Source: a virus. From it: 64,000 nucleotides of DNA. The DNA lies in IMG/VR virus record IMGVR_UViG_3300024259_000016, positions 32,001 through 96,000 of that record, one strand, 5' to 3'. Below, one piece after another: positions 47,375 through 55,399 of the stretch. The number at the start of each line of letters is the position of its first letter. The stretch's first letter is position 1. A program made the translations under genes and the position numbers. The notes beneath the pieces are model-generated. The model was given only the letters and a program-made list of their open reading frames with translations, was not told where the DNA came from and did not search any database.

Positions 47375-48562
47375 ATGCCCCGTGTATCCTTCATAATGGG
47401 TCTCAAAGAAAGACTCCGCCGCCTGTTCTGGATTCGTTCCTACGAAGTGGCGATGGTCCCGGATGCCGCCAATGCCGAAGAAGAAGGTGAATTCTTCGTT
47501 GAGGCAATCAAGCGCGCCGGGACTGGGGGGGACCAGGACATGCCCCATCCCGACCTGATGATCCGCTTGGGCCAGGCCCTGCTCGCTGCGGGACGTGGAG
47601 TCAAGGGATTCCAAGCCGGACAGGTAGGGGATGGGATCGAGGGCCTGGACGGAATGAGCAAGGTTGTAGAACAAGCTCTGGTCCAGGCCGGAGAGATCCT
47701 CGACGAAATGTTGGGGGCTAAAGAGGACGGCCAGGCGCAGGTCCTGCAGGTCAAAGACCTGATCGAGGGCCTCAAGACGCAGGCCATGATGGTCCAGGGA
47801 CAGGCCCCGGCCACAAGTAAAGCCATGATCGAAGGCTGCGATACCTTGTATGATACCCTGGGGCTCGACGATACTGACGAGACACCTGGAAAGAAAGATA
47901 AAGGAGACGAGCCCATGAAGAAGGGAACCATCAAGATCGTGGCCAAGGGTGAAAAGGCCCTGGCTGGCAAGCTGAGCTTCGACGGCACCGAGCTGGAGGT
48001 CCAGATCGCTGAGGGTGCCAAGGAGTTCATCCTGCAGGACATCGAGCCGGGCGACCACAAGGTGGAGCTGGTGGACGGTGAGACCAAGATGGCCGCCGAC
48101 GTGAAGGTCGAAGAGGGTGTCGAGGCGATCGTTGAGGTCGGCGAAGAGCCCGGGACCAAGACCGACAGCGACAAGCTGGACGAGCTGCTGGGTCTGGCCA
48201 AGACCCAGGGCGAGCGCCTGGATGTCCTCGAGGCCGACGTCAAGAAGATCAAGGAGCCCAAGGCTGAGGAAGGGGCTGGCGCCGGGGGTGTGGAGACCAT
48301 CAAGGTTGACGACGTCAAGAAGATGATTCAGGAGACGGTGGGAGAGATCATGGAGACTGCCGGCAAGAAGTCCGCCGCGGTTCAGATGGTGTCTGTGCCG
48401 GCCACCATCCCGGTCATCGAGGACAAGAAGGGCGCTGAGGGCGGCGAGGGTGATGACGCCACCAAGGAGATCGAGGGGAAGAAGAACTCCTCGGCCCACG
48501 ACCACAACCTCAGCAACAGCCCCCGCCTGAAAGCGATCCGCGAACAGGGCGGCGTCCTGTAA
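47375..48562 (+). CDS. Scaffold-like protein (alternative start 47396; internal start 47915)
   Basis: Acidic/Lys-rich and directly before the capsid gene; N-terminal EVAMVPDAAN; PEGA-like segment. Confidence 0.7.
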   Translation: MPRVSFIMGLKERLRRLFWIRSYEVAMVPDAANAEEEGEFFVEAIKRAGTGGDQDMPHPDLMIRLGQALLAAGRGVKGFQAGQVGDGIEGLDGMSKVVEQALVQAGEILDEMLGAKEDGQAQVLQVKDLIEGLKTQAMMVQGQAPATSKAMIEGCDTLYDTLGLDDTDETPGKKDKGDEPMKKGTIKIVAKGEKALAGKLSFDGTELEVQIAEGAKEFILQDIEPGDHKVELVDGETKMAADVKVEEGVEAIVEVGEEPGTKTDSDKLDELLGLAKTQGERLDVLEADVKKIKEPKAEEGAGAGGVETIKVDDVKKMIQETVGEIMETAGKKSAAVQMVSVPATIPVIEDKKGAEGGEGDDATKEIEGKKNSSAHDHNLSNSPRLKAIREQGGVL

Positions 48563-48651
48563 CGAAGAGCCCCCTCCGGTTTTACTACTGCCCGGGGGGT
48601 TGAACGGAATCATCAGTCGGCCGGTCTGACGGCCAAAAGGAGAGAACCAAT

Positions 48652-49602
48652 ATGGCTGTCATCGAAGGCACTGACCAGCGGCCGGTCTACGCCAAGAAGG
48701 CCGACGTGGAGATTGCTCAGTTCGCCGCGGGTGGCGAGCTGGTGCGTGAGCAGGTGCGCGACTACTTCCTGGTGGCCATCGCCGGCCAGGCAATGATGGA
48801 GAAGGTGCGTAACGTCATCATGCCTCGGGACCAGGTCGAATACCCGATCATGAAGCCGTTCGGCGAGGATGTGTGGCATCCCGTCGCCGAGTACCAGTCC
48901 CTGGCTGAGGGTCAGCGCGTGCGCCCGACCTTCGACCAGACCATCTTCACCGCCAAGGAGATCATGTGCGAGGTGCGTTACCCCAAGCACGCGCTCCAGG
49001 TGCAGGTGGAAGAGGGCCGGTTCAAGGACACCCTGCTGACCTACCTGGGTCTGCACACCAAGGGCGGCTGGGAGAACCTGATCATCCAGGGCGACACCGC
49101 CGCGGGCGCCACTCCGTTCCTCCGTATGTTCAACGGGATGATCGCTGGCGTGACGAGCTACTCGTTCGATGCGCTGGGTGCCACGCTGGGCAGTTCCCTG
49201 CTCCGTACGGCCCGCTTCACGCGGCCCGTCCAGTACCGCGTGGAGGACAAACAGAATCTCGGCGTGTTCTGCACCGAGGAGACTCAGGACGGCTACGACG
49301 AGGAGCTGCGCAACCGGAACACCGAGCAGTCTGACGCCCGCCTGATCAACGGCGAGTCGTACCCGGCCTTCAAGAACCGGCCGGTCATCGATGTCCCCCG
49401 CTGGCCCAGCGCCGGTGGCCAGTGTGACGCGCTGGACTGCAACCCGGGCCGCTTCGTGTTCGGGCTCCGTGAGGCCATCGGCGTGGAGACCGAGTGGGAC
49501 CCCCGCCAGCGTTCCCTGTCGGTCATCATGAATGCCTGGATCAGCGAGGGCTGGATCTTCGAGGAGATGGAGGTCAAGATCGAGAACCTGGCCAGCACGT
49601 AA
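48652..49602 (+). CDS. Major capsid protein (XkdG/HK97 fold)
   Basis: GGELVREQ, ENLIIQGDT...FLRMFNGM, NPGRFVFG; strong RBS and codon bias. Confidence 0.9.
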   Translation: MAVIEGTDQRPVYAKKADVEIAQFAAGGELVREQVRDYFLVAIAGQAMMEKVRNVIMPRDQVEYPIMKPFGEDVWHPVAEYQSLAEGQRVRPTFDQTIFTAKEIMCEVRYPKHALQVQVEEGRFKDTLLTYLGLHTKGGWENLIIQGDTAAGATPFLRMFNGMIAGVTSYSFDALGATLGSSLLRTARFTRPVQYRVEDKQNLGVFCTEETQDGYDEELRNRNTEQSDARLINGESYPAFKNRPVIDVPRWPSAGGQCDALDCNPGRFVFGLREAIGVETEWDPRQRSLSVIMNAWISEGWIFEEMEVKIENLAST

Positions 49603-49680
49603 GCCGGGAACTCTGCGCCTGACTGAAACTAACGCTTGAACTGACCTCCTCCCAGAAGGGGGGAGGTCCTGGAGGACATC

Positions 49681-50022
49681 ATGGCTATCACCCTCACTGC
49701 CCTGGTTGGCAACAACCAGAAGTTCGGTAAGGCGCCGAGCGGCGTCTGCACCCGGTTCACCCTGAAGCTCGACAACTCCTACGTGGCCGGCGGATATGCC
49801 GCCATCGTGGCCACCTTCATCAAGGGCGTGGCGAGCTACGAGGGGATCACCGTCACCCACATCGAGGACCTGCTCGTCAATTTCGGCGGCGCCTGGTACA
49901 TCCTGCACTGGGATCGTGCCAACGACAAGCTGCAGCTCATCGTGGCGGCCACCGGTGTCGAGGTTGCGGGCGGCGCGGCCATCGGCAGTCCGACTGTGGA
50001 GCTCGCGGTCCACCACTACTAA
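49681..50022 (+). CDS. Head decoration-like protein
   Basis: Directly after the capsid gene, strong codon bias, DNSYVAGGY. Confidence 0.65.
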   Translation: MAITLTALVGNNQKFGKAPSGVCTRFTLKLDNSYVAGGYAAIVATFIKGVASYEGITVTHIEDLLVNFGGAWYILHWDRANDKLQLIVAATGVEVAGGAAIGSPTVELAVHHY

Positions 50023-50027
50023 GACCT

Positions 50028-50050
50028 CAGGGCCCTGTGCCCTGGATTTT
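50028..50050 (+). terminator. Possible intrinsic terminator after the capsid operon
   Basis: CAGGGC-loop-GCCCTG-GATTTT. Confidence 0.45.
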
Positions 50051-50125
50051 CCAGTAGCCTCCCTCTTGCCATAGCAAGTTTCAGGGGTTATCCTCTCCAG
50101 GCATACAAACTGCTTGAGGATGCCC

Positions 50126-51322
50126 ATGGCCACCAAAAAGAAGAAAGGCGCTCCGCCCCCTCCCCCGCCACCTCCGAGTCCAGCTCCGTCCCCGGACCTT
50201 TTGTCCGCGGTCGAACCTCCCCCCATCGTGCAAGAGGAAGCAGAAGTTGTCCCTCCCCCGGAGGTCGCTGCCAAATCTGTTGATGATCTGGTGATCACGG
50301 ATGAGGACGAGGATGCTGGGAAAGCCCCCGAGGGAAAGGGCGAGGTTGCCACCCCGGAGGTTGCCACCCGGGTCATCTCGGAGCCAAGTCCCCAGCATGA
50401 GGCGGAGCTGGCCCCTACCCCGGCACCTGTGGACCCGATGCTCCAGAGGATGATGGAGATGATGGAGCAGCAGATGGCCGACAATGCGGACCTGCGCGCA
50501 GAATTGCAGGGCCTCAAAAATCAGGTTGCCACGGTCCCGGGGGCCTCGGCGCCGGCCGAGATCCGCAACATCGACCTGCGGCCGAAGACCTATGATGAGG
50601 TTGACCGGGAGCCCGAGCCGCCCGGTGGATACTTCGCCCGGGTCAAGTGCTACGACGAGTCGATCGGGCACAAGCTGAAGGGGACGAGCATCCTGCTGCC
50701 CAATGGGAAGTGGGCGCGACTTCAGGGAGGTACGGGACTGCCCGGGGACATCCCGGACTGGGCGGGCCCCATGGGCAAGAACGAGGCCTTGGCCTTCGCC
50801 AGAGCACGACAGAACGGGAGGAATCCGATGTCCCCGATGGCCTGCGACGTGGTGACCTTGGAGCAGAAGCGGGAGATCGATGCCAGGGAGAGCACCCAGC
50901 GTCAGTCCATGAGCGGGATGGGGGGCATGTACCAGGGTGATACCCAGGGTCTCGGTGTTGGGGGCAGCGCGGTTCACCCTCAGACCCAGGTGCTGGTGCG
51001 TGGCGGTGACAAGGGGACGGTGTCAGCCACAGCCGCGGCTGACCTTGGTATGGCATCATTGGCCCGGGGTGGGGCCATGGCACCGGCCAGCGCCCAGAAC
51101 CGGTTTGGTCTTGACGGTCCCGCCCAGCAGCTGGCTGGGAACGTCGTGGACCAGGTTCCCGCGGGTGGGGGAAACAAGCCTATTGAGCTGGAGCGGGTCG
51201 GTACCCCCTCGGCGTCCAGGCAGCGTCAGTCCGAGACCATGATTGCGGCCATCCACAATGATCTCGGTGGAGAGCTCCCCGGTGGCGCGGCCAACATGCA
51301 ACCAGGCCACCGCCGTCCGTAG
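50126..51322 (+). CDS. Hypothetical protein with poly-Pro/acidic disordered N-terminus
   Basis: KKKKGAPPPPPPPP; promoter TTGCCA-N17-TATCCT at 50066-50094. Confidence 0.7.
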   Translation: MATKKKKGAPPPPPPPPSPAPSPDLLSAVEPPPIVQEEAEVVPPPEVAAKSVDDLVITDEDEDAGKAPEGKGEVATPEVATRVISEPSPQHEAELAPTPAPVDPMLQRMMEMMEQQMADNADLRAELQGLKNQVATVPGASAPAEIRNIDLRPKTYDEVDREPEPPGGYFARVKCYDESIGHKLKGTSILLPNGKWARLQGGTGLPGDIPDWAGPMGKNEALAFARARQNGRNPMSPMACDVVTLEQKREIDARESTQRQSMSGMGGMYQGDTQGLGVGGSAVHPQTQVLVRGGDKGTVSATAAADLGMASLARGGAMAPASAQNRFGLDGPAQQLAGNVVDQVPAGGGNKPIELERVGTPSASRQRQSETMIAAIHNDLGGELPGGAANMQPGHRRP

Positions 51323-51326
51323 GTAG

Positions 51327-51355
51327 TTGACCCTCCTGTTCTGTCCTCTTATACT
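51327..51355 (+). promoter_or_regulatory. Near-consensus sigma70 promoter TTGACC-N17-TATACT
   Basis: Read directly. Confidence 0.75.
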
Positions 51356-51361
51356 CTAATT

Positions 51362-51439
51362 TCGGTAGGACTTGTTTGGCATCAGGTCTTGTCCCCCTTT
51401 CGGGCCCCCGGCGTCCAGTGGCGCTGGGGGTTTTCTTTT
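51362..51439 (+). ncRNA. Candidate ~78-nt small RNA
   Basis: Lies between a strong promoter and an intrinsic terminator; 8-bp hairpin 51367-51390; no ATG/RBS-led ORF. Confidence 0.55.
51404..51439 (+). terminator. Intrinsic terminator
   Basis: GCCCCCGGCGTC-CAGT-GGCGCTGGGGGT-TTTCTTTT. Confidence 0.8.
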
Positions 51440-51465
51440 GGGTGGGGGCAGGCAATAATAGAGTC

Positions 51466-52593
51466 ATGCGCGGACTGACCCAGGGTGAGCAGAGTTCGGC
51501 CAGCTGGCCGGTGTTGCAGTTCTTCTGCCGGCAGGGGGGCAAGCTGGCCGATCCGGTGTTGGCCTCCTTCACGATCGAGGATATCCGATCCGATGGGGTA
51601 GCACCTGCCACGTTGGTTGGGCCCACTATCTTGGGAGCTGGAGACAAGCTGGGGACCGGACGGTACGCCTTGGCAACAGGGGCAACTGCTGTTTGGTCTC
51701 TGGGGACCCATCGGGTCGTGGTGACCTACAAGTTGGCCGCGGCTGGGCCTGACATCAAGCAGGTCATCGAGTTTGAGATTCTGGATGAAGTGGACTGGGC
51801 GCATGGAGGCGGTGAGTACATAGGATACCTGTCGACTCGTCAGGCCTATCGGGATGACCACGCCGCGGCCGGCGACACCACGGCAATGCTCCACCGAGAG
51901 ATTTGTCAGGCATCAAAGCAGATCGAGTTCTGGACGGCCCGGTGTTTCCACCCGGAGTACCGCTCCGTGTATGTGGGAGGAAACGGGACTGAATGGCTGC
52001 TGCCGAACGAGCCCATTATCTGCATCGAACAGATTGCCTGGACCCACCGGGATTCCGACGATGCCGAGGTCGAAGAGGTTGTGCAGGACTCGAGTTACGA
52101 GTGCAAAGCCATGACCCATCTGGACGGGGAGCGGGGCCGGGACGGACGCATCTTCGTTGGGATCGAATTGATGGACTCCTGGCGCAGTAGTAATGTAAGA
52201 GCGAGTGCCTCAACCGTCTGGTCCGACCCATCGAGAGCCTACAAGATCACGGGAGTGTTCGGTTACACCGATGGAATCTGGATGCCCGGGGAGCACCTGA
52301 CGGGGATGGGGGAGACGCCGAGGGACCTGGCCCGGGTGGTTGGCGCCATGGTGTATCGGGCGCTCGAGGACGCCAACCTGCAGGCCCCCTTTGGCGGAGG
52401 GATCGGTGGCGTCTCGATGATCAAGACCCGGGACCAGACCATCAAGTGGGGCGCCTCGGCCGACGGTGTGGCTGGCTTCGGGGGGGTATTCACCGGAGAC
52501 TCCGAGTTGGACCGGATCATTCACAGGTACGTAGCGCCAACCCGGATTACTGTTGCTGGTCGGGCAAGGGATTGGAGTGGAGGGACCTTCTGA
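51466..52593 (+). CDS. Head-tail adaptor with an N-terminal Ig-like domain
   Basis: QASKQIEFWTARCF, ITGVFGY, TPRDLAR, TGDSELDRIIHRY. Confidence 0.7.
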   Translation: MRGLTQGEQSSASWPVLQFFCRQGGKLADPVLASFTIEDIRSDGVAPATLVGPTILGAGDKLGTGRYALATGATAVWSLGTHRVVVTYKLAAAGPDIKQVIEFEILDEVDWAHGGGEYIGYLSTRQAYRDDHAAAGDTTAMLHREICQASKQIEFWTARCFHPEYRSVYVGGNGTEWLLPNEPIICIEQIAWTHRDSDDAEVEEVVQDSSYECKAMTHLDGERGRDGRIFVGIELMDSWRSSNVRASASTVWSDPSRAYKITGVFGYTDGIWMPGEHLTGMGETPRDLARVVGAMVYRALEDANLQAPFGGGIGGVSMIKTRDQTIKWGASADGVAGFGGVFTGDSELDRIIHRYVAPTRITVAGRARDWSGGTF

Positions 52594-53129
52594 TGGGCCT
52601 GGAATACAACGTCTCTGCTCCGCTGATCAATCCTATATGGGTGAGAATTGAGCGGCTTGACCATGCAGCGACCCACGCCAAGGATCCGCCGGGATCGCAG
52701 GGCTCGGCCGGGTACAACTATACTCGGGAAGAGCCCGTTGTGAGCTATGCAGCCGGAGTGGCCGATGGCGAACCGGAGTATATGACCGCGGTGGATGTCT
52801 CCGCCCAGATGGAGTACGAATCCTTCGAGCGAATTCGGGCTGTATTCGGTGGGGATGCCCCTGTCACGAAGCAGGGCTTCGTATTACACCGCCGGCTGTT
52901 GCGGCGCCAAGGGCTCATCGACGTGGCGACCGGCCAGTGCCTGTTGAAGAATCGAGACAAGATCACGGGCATCTATCGGGGTAGGTCACGGCGGCCGGTC
53001 TCCATCGACTTCGCCCTGCCTCTGTACATCTACGAGGTGAGAGGGCCTGGTTCTCCTGGCCTCGGCCGAGACGGCTACGATCTGCATATCATCTATACGT
53101 CTGAAAAAGACGTAGCGATCGGAGCGTAA
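52593..53129 (+). CDS. Head closure/neck protein
   Basis: Synteny, TGATG coupling. Confidence 0.55.
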   Translation: MGLEYNVSAPLINPIWVRIERLDHAATHAKDPPGSQGSAGYNYTREEPVVSYAAGVADGEPEYMTAVDVSAQMEYESFERIRAVFGGDAPVTKQGFVLHRRLLRRQGLIDVATGQCLLKNRDKITGIYRGRSRRPVSIDFALPLYIYEVRGPGSPGLGRDGYDLHIIYTSEKDVAIGA

Positions 53130-53133
53130 TCTC

Positions 53134-53940
53134 ATGGCCGGGCGACGAAGGAATTGGGGTGGGGCAGGGCAGGTTTCCCTGGGCCAGATGGCTCAGTACC
53201 TCAACTCTTTGGTGGACCGAGGGAACATGAACTTGGCGGCCGGGGTTGTTGTCCCCCCTCTAGTCCAACAGGGTGCCAAACAGGTTGAAGAGCGTTATGA
53301 CCAGATGGGGAGCGACGTCGACCAAAGCTCGATGAGCTCGATGATAGCCATGGCGGGCAAGCTCGTCGGGGAAGCACGCCCGGCCAAGCCGCCCCATACG
53401 CCCGGCGAGACTTACCGTCGGCTGGCTGAACATGTCACTGTCAGGTTTGGGGGAACAGGTAAGGGACCAAGCAGGACGGTTTTCTCTGCAGCCATGGGTA
53501 TTTTCCCAGGAGGGCATGCCCCTGATCCCAGTCCAAAGTGGCCGAGAGGGACCCCTCTTGAGGTTGTCGATGGGGGGCTGAATCGGCCCGCCTGGACGAT
53601 GAGCTATCGGGAGACGAAGCGATCTGTGGCCTACTCGATCATGGTCCGAGAGATGCGTGCGGGGCCCGGCTCAAGCTCTCGCTATCAAGGAAGGCCCCGC
53701 GGGGGGCGATTGCCGGATGGGCCTGCCTCTGGTGGGAGGATTATTATCACCCAGATGGGGGGCAAGATGGTCTGGCGTGATGAAGCTTGGCCTGTAACCG
53801 TCGGCGGCATCTTCGCTCTGGAGCAGGAGGGGAAAGGTGTGATCGGGAATTTGTCACGGATCGCTGCCGCCCGCAGTGGTATCCGGGGGCGGGCAATCCG
53901 TGGAGCGAAGCCCACGGGCGTCCGCCTGATGAGGAGGTAG
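53134..53940 (+). CDS. Basic neck/tail-completion-like protein
   Basis: Synteny; Arg/Gly-rich. Confidence 0.45.
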   Translation: MAGRRRNWGGAGQVSLGQMAQYLNSLVDRGNMNLAAGVVVPPLVQQGAKQVEERYDQMGSDVDQSSMSSMIAMAGKLVGEARPAKPPHTPGETYRRLAEHVTVRFGGTGKGPSRTVFSAAMGIFPGGHAPDPSPKWPRGTPLEVVDGGLNRPAWTMSYRETKRSVAYSIMVREMRAGPGSSSRYQGRPRGGRLPDGPASGGRIIITQMGGKMVWRDEAWPVTVGGIFALEQEGKGVIGNLSRIAAARSGIRGRAIRGAKPTGVRLMRR

Positions 53941-53943
53941 CAT

Positions 53944-54957
53944 ATGGCTGTCCCGACCATTACAGGTATCTCCCCCTCCACAGGACCTGCTGAGGGGGGC
54001 CTAATTGTCACGATCACTGGTACCGACTTCGCCATCCATGCAGTCCCGGATGTCCATCCGGCCGAGGATGTAGCCCCCGGTGTCACTGTCACCTTCGGGG
54101 GATGGGCAGTGGACTGGGTTCAGGTTCGCTCTGCGACCCAAATAGTCTGTAAGCTTGGCCCATACCATGGCCCTGTTCGAAGCGGGATCCCACCGGTAGT
54201 GCTCGATGTTTATCCCGCCGTGGATGTAGTAGTCCAAAATCTGGATGTGACCGGGACGCCGGTGGTCGGGGAGGTTGCAACAGCTGCATCAGGTTTTACT
54301 TACCGACGGCGGGACCTTGGCCCCTCGACTGAGCAAGACCGACCACGGGGGGTACGGGCGAAATTCACCGATGCAGTACTCGATGAGCTCCGCCGACGAG
54401 TCTGTAAGAATATCTCAATGGGGAGGAGCTCTGAATATGCCGAGGGCTCTGAGGCTACTGTAAAGCTGGCCGGCTTGCCTGGGGTTGGGTGTGTGTTCAA
54501 GTGGGTACCTGATCCTGATTATGTCCAACTCACTGCGGGGTACGAAGAAGTTGAGGATCCGTCCGACTCGACAGTGGTTCATTCTTTTAAGGGGCTGCGG
54601 GTCAAAAGGTTGGAGGCTACACTCCTGCTGGGGGCCAACTCCTCTACTGAAATGGATGAGCTGTGCGAGCTGCTCGAAGATATGATTGAGGATCAGGAGG
54701 CTTTGGTTGTCGATGCGAACCCGACCCTCTACCCCGGTCTGCAGGACGACTACAACTGGCACTTCGGGCCAGGTGGGGAACCCACCCCCAATCAGCGGGG
54801 AGCAGACCTGGATGCTTGTAGTGGTCGGGCGGTCATCTGGGTCCGAGGGATCTTGATGATGAGCGAGCACTCGGATGCCGATGACAAACGCATTCTGACC
54901 ATTGAGCAGCAGTGGGCAAATATGGATGGGGAGACATACGATACAGAGCTTGTCTGA
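53944..54957 (+). CDS. IPT/TIG-domain protein, probably the tail terminator
   Basis: PTITGISPSTGPAEGGLIVTITGTDF...VDVVVQN...FTY; position before the sheath. Confidence 0.7.
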   Translation: MAVPTITGISPSTGPAEGGLIVTITGTDFAIHAVPDVHPAEDVAPGVTVTFGGWAVDWVQVRSATQIVCKLGPYHGPVRSGIPPVVLDVYPAVDVVVQNLDVTGTPVVGEVATAASGFTYRRRDLGPSTEQDRPRGVRAKFTDAVLDELRRRVCKNISMGRSSEYAEGSEATVKLAGLPGVGCVFKWVPDPDYVQLTAGYEEVEDPSDSTVVHSFKGLRVKRLEATLLLGANSSTEMDELCELLEDMIEDQEALVVDANPTLYPGLQDDYNWHFGPGGEPTPNQRGADLDACSGRAVIWVRGILMMSEHSDADDKRILTIEQQWANMDGETYDTELV

Positions 54958-55034
54958 GAGGTGGCACAGGTGGCACAGTATGGCCCGTTTTGGCCCTTGC
55001 CCTGCCGATTTTGCTGAGGTAGCATGGACCTATT

Positions 55035-55328
55035 ATGATTCGTGTAGCCAACACCCACAGGTTTGAAACCTTCGGCTTCTCGTTGCCCCATGACCCTGTT
55101 TGTATTGAGAACGGGGAGTGTCAGTGCATCAAAGCGGAGGTCGCACTGATTGGGGGTCATGTGGGAGAACGTCTGGAGCCCTTGTTCATCAACATCCCCG
55201 CAGGTGGAATCAGTAGGTCTGTCCCTGATGCTGTGGCCAGCCTCCCGGTTATCACACGTCGGGTATCTGAAGGTAATGCCAGGGTGGACCCGGTCGACGG
55301 ATTCATCTCGGTGCAGCGTGCTGGGTAA
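55035..55328 (+). CDS. Small hypothetical protein before the sheath
   Basis: Promoter TTGCCC-N17-TAGCAT at 54997-55025. Confidence 0.55.
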   Translation: MIRVANTHRFETFGFSLPHDPVCIENGECQCIKAEVALIGGHVGERLEPLFINIPAGGISRSVPDAVASLPVITRRVSEGNARVDPVDGFISVQRAG

Positions 55329-55399
55329 GAGAGCCTTTGGTCTGGTAGGCAGACAACTGCTCGTTGACCAAGGGTCGGCGACTCGAGGAGTATAACACC

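Noticed and set aside
47366-50517. Long antisense ORFs (47366-48613, 48613-50517, and similar ones such as 752-1684 and 57807-58892)
   Set aside because: Shadows of GC3-biased real genes on the opposite strand, with no RBS or protein motifs
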